NCBI GenBank assembly: GCA_002688505.1
Contig: CP024013.1
Coordinates: 90,001-122,000 of the forward strand
Reading direction: 5' to 3'
Length of the DNA: 32,000 bases
Source: Candidatus Saccharimonadota bacterium
GTDB taxonomy: Bacteria; Pseudomonadota; Gammaproteobacteria; Enterobacterales; Enterobacteriaceae
The position numbers were made by a program, and so were the translations under genes. Below, piece after piece: positions 25,241 through 32,000 of this stretch. The notes beneath the pieces are model-generated. The model was given only the letters and a program-made list of their open reading frames with translations. It did no database searches and was not told the origin of the DNA. Numbering within the stretch: position 1 is the first letter of the stretch; the number at the start of each line of letters is the position of its first letter.

Positions 25241-25269
25241 TTGACAATTTATTTTTAATACTTTATAAT
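25241..25269 (+). promoter_or_regulatory. Candidate consensus sigma70 promoter for cutA (TTGACA-N17-TATAAT)
   Basis: TTGACA at 25241-25246, an exactly 17-nt spacer, then TATAAT at 25264-25269, ending 30 nt before the cutA ATG. Both hexamers match the consensus perfectly. Confidence 0.4.
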
Positions 25270-25299
25270 ATTAAAGTTTTTAAATTATAATTTAAATAA

Positions 25300-25713
<414 letters not shown>

Positions 25714-25772
25714 ATCAATATTATTTAAAATAAATATAAAAAAATATTAAATTTATTATAAAAATTAATTTA

Positions 25773-27497
25773 TTAATTATTTATTAAATTTTTATTTAAA
25801 ATTTTTTCTATATCTTTATTTGTTTTTTGATCTAAAATTTTATCTAATAATTTTTTACAAGAAGAATAATAAGAACTTCTTATAATTTTTTTTACATTAG
25901 GTATAAAACTTACATTCATACTTAATTCATCTAAACCTAACCCTAATAATAATTTAATAGAATTTAAATTACTAGCTAATTCTCCACATATACCAACTTT
26001 TTTATTTTTTTCATGAATAGTATTTACTATATATCTAATTAAATTTATAATAGAAGGACATAAAGGATTATATAAATAAGAAACTTTTAAATTATTTCTA
26101 TCTACTGCTAAAACAAATTGTGTTAAATCATTAGTACCAATACTAAAGAAATCTAATTCTTCAGCTAAATGACTACATATTATTGCTGCAGAAGGTGTTT
26201 CAATCATAGCACCAATTTTAATATTTTCATCAAAATTAATATTTTCTTTAATTAAATTATTTTTTATATAATCAATTTCACTTTTTAAAAAATATACTTC
26301 TTCCATAGATATTATCATTGGGAATAATATACGAATTTTACCAAAAAAAGAAGCTCTTAATATTGCTCTTAATTGAGTATGTAATATTTGTTTATTGTCT
26401 TTATAAATTCTTATAGATCTTCAACCTAAGAAAGGTACATCTTCTTTAGGAAAATCCATATATGATAAAAATTTATCACCACCTAAATCAACAGTACGAA
26501 TAGTAACTAAATTATCTTTCATAAGTTTAACAGCTTCTTTATAATAGAAAAATTGTTCTTCTTCGTTAGGAAAATCATTTCTATCCATAAATAAAAATTC
26601 TGTTCTATATAAACCTATACCTTCAGCTCCATATTTAAATATATTATTAATATCTTTATTATTACCTACATTAGCTAATAATTTTATATTATAACCATCA
26701 AATGTAATAGCATTTAAATTTCTTAATTTTAATAAATTCTTTTTATCAGAAATAAATTTATTATATTTTTTATCAAATATTTTAATAATACTTTTATCAG
26801 GATTTATATAAACATTTCCTTTAATACCATCTATTATTACATAATCATTATTTTTAATTAAATTAGTAATATTATTAACACCTATTAAAGAAACTAATTC
26901 TAAAGATTTAGATATTATTGAACTATGTGAAGTAATACTACCATTTTCAATAATAAAACCTTTTATAATATCTAAATTAAATTGAACAATTTGAGAAGGA
27001 GATAAATCTTCAGAAATTATAATTATATTTTCTTTATTATTATTTAAAGAATTAAAATCTATTAATTCTATATTTTTAATATTATAAATTAATCTTTTAG
27101 ATATATCAATTAAATCATTAGCTCTTTCTTTAATATAAATATTATTAACTTTTTTAATAAGTTTTATTTGTTTATTTATAAATTTATTAACTGCTGTATC
27201 AGCATACAATAACTTATTTTTTATTAAATTTATAATATCTTTTTTAAATAATTTATCTTTTAATATTAGTATATAACCATCAAATAATAATTTTCTATCC
27301 TTATTTTTAATAGATAAATTTCTTATATTTTTTAATTGTCTTAAAGTCTTTTTATAAGATTTTAAAAAGTTATTAATTTCATTATCTATTTGATTTTTAT
27401 CTATATTATCATTATTTATAATTATATTTTCTTCTTTTAATATAAAAGCCTTTCCAAAAGCATAACCATTATATATTGCAATACCATTTAATAACAT
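25773..27497 (-). CDS. ptsI: Phosphoenolpyruvate-protein phosphotransferase, PTS enzyme I (574 aa when TGA=Trp)
   Basis: Track ORFs 26421-27497 and 25773-26318 are one frame joined through TGA 26421-26423. I checked all codons of 26319-26420. The junction reads [47 protein letters not shown], matching E. coli [37 protein letters not shown]. The active-site region GSITSHSSIISKSLE (phospho-His) is present. Confidence 0.95.
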
Positions 27498-27534
27498 TAT
27501 TATACCTTTTAAATATATGTTAAATTTTATAATA

Positions 27535-27792
27535 TTATTCTAATGAATTTACTATTTTAGATAATTTATCAATAGCTTTTACTTCATCTTTACCATATGC
27601 TTTTATATAAATAAAATCATTTTTTGAAATACCTAAAGTTTGTATTTGTAATAAACTTTTAGCATCTACTTCCTTATTTTTTAATTTAATTTTTATATCA
27701 GAATAAAATTTTTTAGCAGTTTTAACAAATTTTGTAGCTGGTCTTATATGAAAACCATTTTTTAAAGTTACTAAAATTTTTTTCTTTATCAT
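27535..27792 (-). CDS. ptsH: Phosphocarrier protein HPr
   Basis: 85-aa ORF reading MIKKKILVTLKNGFHIRPATKFVKTAKKF (His15 motif G-x-H-x-RPA). It lies upstream of ptsI. Confidence 0.92.
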   Translation of the reverse strand: MIKKKILVTLKNGFHIRPATKFVKTAKKFYSDIKIKLKNKEVDAKSLLQIQTLGISKNDFIYIKAYGKDEVKAIDKLSKIVNSLE

Positions 27793-27964
27793 AAATTATT
27801 ATCCAATTTAAATTAATAAAATTAACTTTACGTAATATAAAATATATTTTAACATAATAAAAAATTATTATTTTAATATTTTTTATTAAATATAAAATTA
27901 ATAAATATAATAATATTCAATAATTAAATAATATTAATTTTAAAAAAATTAAGAGAGATTAAAT

Positions 27965-28984
27965 ATGATCAAAAAATTATTTTTAATAATAATAACACTA
28001 TTAACAGTAAATAAAAATTTATATTCTAAAGAAATCTTAAAAAATAATAATTTATATAATAAAGAAATATATTTTGGAACTAAAATAGGTTTATCAAATA
28101 TTTTAAACTTAAAAAATTTAAATAATAAATTTAAAATAATTAATACTAAATTTAAATCTAATAAATTAGGATATGGAAGTTATTTAGGATATAAAATAAA
28201 TAAAAATATAAATATTGAATTAGGATATGATAATTTAGGTAAAGTCTTAAAAAAAGGAAAATTTATTAATGGTTATTTTAAATCTAGGGGAATAACATTA
28301 TCTAATAAAATTAATTATAATATTACAAATAATACTAATTTATATTTAAGAATAGGATGAATAATAATTAAATCTATTTCAAAAAAAAATAATATTATAA
28401 ATAATACTAAAAATATAATTTCATATAAAAAAATAACTCCTTTAACTTCATTAGGAATTGAATTTAAAATAAATAGAAACTTATTTTCTAGAATTGATTA
28501 TCAATTTATATATAATCTAGGACAAAAAAATATTTTAAATGAAGAACCAAAAAATAATTTTTTTAATATAAGTTTTATATATAAATTTAATTATAATAGT
28601 AAAAAAATTAATAAAATAAATGAAATTATAAATAATGAAAATTTTATTAAAAATTTAATAACAAAAAAATATTTTAATAAAACAAAAATATTTAATAAAA
28701 ATATAAGAAATAATTATAAATATAATTTAATTAAAATTTTAAGTTTAATAAAAAAAAAAAAATATAAAATATTATCAATTAATATTTTTAATTATTCAAT
28801 ATTAAATAAAAATATTAAATTAAAATTAATAAATTTTATTAAATATAATTTAAAAAAATTTAATATAAATACTAATATTAAAATTTATAAATTATTAAAT
28901 AATAAATGTTATAAAAAAGATATATCAAATAATTGTTATAATAATTTAAATAAAATTTTTTTAATTAAGATTAAATTATTTTAA
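27965..28984 (+). CDS. ompA: Outer membrane protein A (339 aa when TGA=Trp); the C-terminal peptidoglycan-binding domain is degenerate
   Basis: Track ORF 27965-28360 continues through TGA 28358-28360 to TAA 28982-28984; I checked all codons. It has a signal peptide MIKKLFLIIITLLTVNKNLYS. Beta-strand blocks align with E. coli OmpA: IYFGTKIGLSN / WYTGAKLGWSQ, KLGYGSYLGYKINKNINIELGYDNLG / [35 protein letters not shown] / LDIYTRLGGMVW and LGIEFKINRNLFSRIDYQF / GGVEYAITPEIATRLEYQW. The two C-terminal Cys residues are retained. AAGAGAG SD upstream. Confidence 0.85.
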
Positions 28985-28992
28985 TATAAATT

Positions 28993-29020
28993 AAAAACCA
29001 CTTTTACAAAAGTGGTTTTT
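28993..29020. terminator. Bidirectional hairpin terminator between convergent ompA and the 5'-3' exonuclease gene
   Basis: AAAAACCACTTTT (28993-29005) and AAAAGTGGTTTTT (29008-29020) are perfect reverse complements (CCAC/GTGG core) and end in T5 on both strands. The hairpin starts 9 nt after the ompA stop and lies 5 nt beyond the exonuclease stop. Confidence 0.6.
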
Positions 29021-29024
29021 AAAA

Positions 29025-29849
29025 CTAATTTATATATAAGTTTTTAAATAAACTTTTATTAAAAATATAATCATTAATTTTAATAGATATGTGAATATTA
29101 TTATTAAAACTAACTAATCTATATCAAATTCTTATATTATAAAAATTAATTTTTAAATTATTAATAATATTTATATTTATACCAATTTTTTTTAATTTAT
29201 TTAAATTATTATATATATTATATATATCACCAAATTTATTTAAAATTTTTAATGCTGTTTTTTTACCTATACCTTTAATACCAGGTATATTATCACTTCT
29301 ATCACCACATAAAACTAAATAATCTTTTAATAAATATGGATATAATCCATAATTTTTATATATTTTTTTAACATTTAATATACTATTATTATATATAAAT
29401 ATATTATTATTAACTAACTGTATAAAATCTTTATCATAAGATAATATATATATGTATATATATTTAAATAATTTATTTAATTTATAAGTTAAATAACTAA
29501 TAACATCATCACTTTCTATATTTATAATTGATATAATATTTAAATTAAAATAAAATAATCTCTTTTTTAAAAAACATATATATTTTTTAAAATTTTTAGA
29601 ATACTTTTTTCTATTAGATTTATAATCATTAAATATTTTATTTCTATAATTAAATTTATTTTTTTTATCAAATATAAAAAAAATGTAATCAGGATTTACT
29701 TTATTATATCTTGAATAAATCATATTTATAAAAACATTAAATGATTTATCAAAATCTTTTATTTTACTTTTATAATTAATTATATAATAAGCTTTATAAG
29801 CGAATAAAGTACAATCTATTAAAAAGATATTTTTATAATAATTAAACAT
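29025..29849 (-). CDS. 5'-3' exonuclease (FEN-like; Pol I N-terminal domain only, or Xni/ExoIX-like), 274 aa when TGA=Trp
   Basis: Track ORF 29124-29849 continues through TGA 29124-29126 to TAG 29025-29027. Motifs: IFLIDCTLFAYKAYY, IFFIFDKKNKFNYRNKIFNDYKSNR, IESDDVISYL, LSYDKDFIQLV and LVLCGDRSDNIPGIKGIGKKTALKIL (H3TH). No polymerase domain follows. Confidence 0.88.
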
Positions 29850-30352
29850 TATTATATTATTATATTATTATTAATTATATATTATATTATTATATTATTA
29901 TATTACGTATAGTAAATATTTTATTTATTTTTTTTAAAATATTATTTTATGATATATAAAAAATAAGATATTAAAATTTTAGTATTATATTAAATTATAT
30001 TATTATATACATATAATATTTTTATAATATATTTAAATATTTTATTTAATAATAATATAAATATATATATTAAATAAAATATATAATTTATTTTATATTA
30101 ACTTTATTAATTAAACATTTTAATTTACTTAAATACTTTGATAGATTTTTCTAAACCCAAATAAATTAATAGATAATTACAAAACTTTTTAATTCTAAAT
30201 ATTTTCTAAGTAATTGATTATATTTCAATTTTAATATTTTTGCAATATAATAAATTTTATATTTTTATTAAATTTTTTAAATAAAATATTAAAAATTATT
30301 GATTTAATTATAAATTATGTTTAAAATATTATAAACTTTTAAAAATTCTAAT
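29850..30352. other. 503-bp A/T-only spacer upstream of mnmG; candidate replication origin region
   Basis: This is the longest non-coding stretch in the window. It is flanked by divergently transcribed genes, one of which is mnmG/gidA, the classical oriC neighbour in gammaproteobacteria. Synonymous-site A/T preference flips across it (see findings). No convincing DnaA box is visible. Confidence 0.4.
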
Positions 30353-32000
30353 ATGTTATTTTCTAATAAATTTGATTTTGAAGTTATTATAATTGGTGGA
30401 GGACATGCTGGTATAGAAGCTTCATATATTTTATCAAAACTAAAGTGTAAAACTTTAATGATTACTTTTAATAAAAAAAAAATAGGTGAATTATCTTGTA
30501 ATCCTTCTATAGGAGGTTTAGGTAAAAGTAATTTAGTTAAAGAAATAGATGCTTTAGGTGGTTTAATGGGTAAATTAGTAGATTTATCTGGTATAAACTA
30601 TAAAATATTAAATATTAGTAAAGGATATGCTGTAAGAGCTACTAGAGTTCAAGTAGATAAAGATATATATAAAAAAAATGTTTTAAAATATTTAATTAAA
30701 TATAAAAAATATTTAACAATTTTAGAAGATGAAGTTATTGGTTTAATAATTAAAAAAAATATTGTATATGGTATAAATTCTAAAAATTTTGGTAATATAT
30801 ACTCTAATATAGTTTTATTATGTACTGGTACTTTTTTAGATTCTAAAATATTTATAGGTAATAAAATTTTTAATGGAGGTAGAATTAATGATTTTAGTTC
30901 TATAAAATTATCTAACTATTTAAAAAAAATTAATTTAGATTTTGGTTATTTAAAGACAGGTACTCCTCCTAGATTAAATAAAAAAACTATTGATTTTAGT
31001 AATTTTGATAAACAGATTAGTAATGTTAATTTAATTTCTAAATTTTCTTTTTTTAATGAATTAAGAAAAAAAAATAAATTACAGCAAAAAAATTGTTATT
31101 TAACTTATACAAATAAACTAACTAATATTATTGTAAAAAAAAATTTACATTTAAGTCCTTTATTTAATGGTTTAATTGTATCTAAAGGTCCAAGATATTG
31201 TCCATCATTAGAAGATAAAATTAATAATTTTTTTAGAGATAGACATATTATATTTTTAGAACCAGAAAATATAGATAATAATATTATATATCCTAATGGT
31301 ATATCTATGAGTTTTCCTATAAATATACAATATAAAATTGTTAATTCAATAAGTGGTATGAAAAATACAGAAATTTTATTACCAGGTTATGCTGTAGAAT
31401 ATATGTATCTAAATCCTATATTTTTAAATAAAAGTTTAGAAAGTAAAATAATTAAAAATTTATTTATTGCTGGTCAGATAAATGGTACTACAGGTTATGA
31501 AGAAGCTGCTTCTCAAGGATTAATAGCTGGTATAAATATTTATTTAAAAATTAAAAATAAAAATTCTTTTATTTTAGATAGATTGAATTCATATATAGGT
31601 GTTTTAATAGATGATTTATGTACTAAAGGAATAAAAGAACCATATAGAATTTTTAATTCTAGATCTGAGTTTAGTTTATTTTTAAGAGAAGATAATGCTG
31701 ATTATAGATTAACGCCATTATCTAATAAATTAAAATTAATTAGCAAAAAGAAATATAATTTTTTTAATAATAAAGTAAATGAAATAAAATTAATTTATAA
31801 TTATTTAAATAAAAAAATATTTTTATTTAAAGATTTACCTATATTTGTTAGAAAATATTTTAAAAATAAATGTAATATTAAAGCAAAATCTTTATTATGT
31901 AATTCATTAATAAAATTTAGTAGAATAAAAAATTTTTTATTTAAAGATAAAAAAATTTTTTTAAAAAGTAAATTTTTAAAAGAAATAAAAATATTATTTA
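30353..32000 (+). CDS. mnmG: tRNA uridine-5-carboxymethylaminomethyl modification enzyme MnmG/GidA (N-terminal ~549 aa; runs off the window end)
   Basis: Not in the track because no stop is reached before the window end. Translation gives MLFSNKFDFEVIIIGGGHAGIEAS..SCNPSIGGLGKSNLVKEIDALGGLMGK..AVRATRVQVDK..LKTGTPPRL..GPRYCPSLEDKI..IFLEPE..GQINGTTGYEEAASQGLIAG..LIDDLCTKGIKEPYRIFNSRSEFSLFLREDNAD. The frame is open from 30353 to 32000. Confidence 0.96.
   Translation, partial: MLFSNKFDFEVIIIGGGHAGIEASYILSKLKCKTLMITFNKKKIGELSCNPSIGGLGKSNLVKEIDALGGLMGKLVDLSGINYKILNISKGYAVRATRVQVDKDIYKKNVLKYLIKYKKYLTILEDEVIGLIIKKNIVYGINSKNFGNIYSNIVLLCTGTFLDSKIFIGNKIFNGGRINDFSSIKLSNYLKKINLDFGYLKTGTPPRLNKKTIDFSNFDKQISNVNLISKFSFFNELRKKNKLQQKNCYLTYTNKLTNIIVKKNLHLSPLFNGLIVSKGPRYCPSLEDKINNFFRDRHIIFLEPENIDNNIIYPNGISMSFPINIQYKIVNSISGMKNTEILLPGYAVEYMYLNPIFLNKSLESKIIKNLFIAGQINGTTGYEEAASQGLIAGINIYLKIKNKNSFILDRLNSYIGVLIDDLCTKGIKEPYRIFNSRSEFSLFLREDNADYRLTPLSNKLKLISKKKYNFFNNKVNEIKLIYNYLNKKIFLFKDLPIFVRKYFKNKCNIKAKSLLCNSLIKFSRIKNFLFKDKKIFLKSKFLKEIKILF

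Noticed and set aside
25098-25299. Heat-shock control elements upstream of groES (sigma32 CTTGAAA..CCCCAT, or CIRCE TTAGCACTC-N9-GAGTGCTAA)
   Set aside because: I searched both strands by eye and neither element is present. Only generic -10-like sequences occur.
29851-29900. 20-bp direct repeat ATTATATTATTATATTATTA at 29851-29870 and 29881-29900, considered as an iteron or DnaA-trio-like element
   Set aside because: It is a low-complexity (ATTAT)n-type sequence that is likely to recur by chance in pure A/T DNA. I noted it only as part of the candidate origin spacer.
30003-30011. DnaA-box-like TTATATACA
   Set aside because: It has two mismatches to TTATCCACA, both at the C positions. Such a 9-mer is expected by chance in this composition and there is no cluster of similar boxes.

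Overview
This 32-kb window comes from an extremely A+T-rich, highly reduced bacterial genome of the obligate-endosymbiont type. By eye G+C is well under 20%, and the spacers are almost pure A/T. Three lines of evidence point to a gammaproteobacterial, Enterobacterales-derived lineage. The 16S blocks look enterobacterial, GroEL is close to enterobacterial GroEL along its whole length (judged from memory), and gene order matches E. coli: rplU-rpmA-obg-greA-rlmE-ftsH-secG-leuU-nusA-infB-rbfA-truB, rpsO-pnp-deaD, rplM-rpsI, ptsH-ptsI, groES-groEL, and mnmG beside a long spacer. No database search was possible, so the organism is not named. The supplied ORF track fragments many genes because TGA is used as a sense (Trp) codon. 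After joining across in-frame TGAs I call 32 protein genes, a partial 16S rRNA, 4 tRNAs and a tmRNA. I see no mobile elements, CRISPR arrays, or defence or other accessory systems; this is core housekeeping DNA. The unusual signals are: (1) UGA-to-Trp recoding; (2) a 76-nt uninterrupted poly(A) tract inside infB that separates the ATG-initiated N-terminus from the G domain in a different frame; (3) an 81-bp tandem duplication inside infB whose junction creates an in-frame TAA; (4) an rlmE start that needs a -1 shift in A11/T9/A11 homopolymers; (5) a switch in synonymous-site A/T preference across the 503-bp spacer upstream of mnmG, consistent with a replication origin; (6) an A/T-only expansion of about 60 nt in the 16S V2 region. 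All coordinates and translations were worked out by hand from the sequence.
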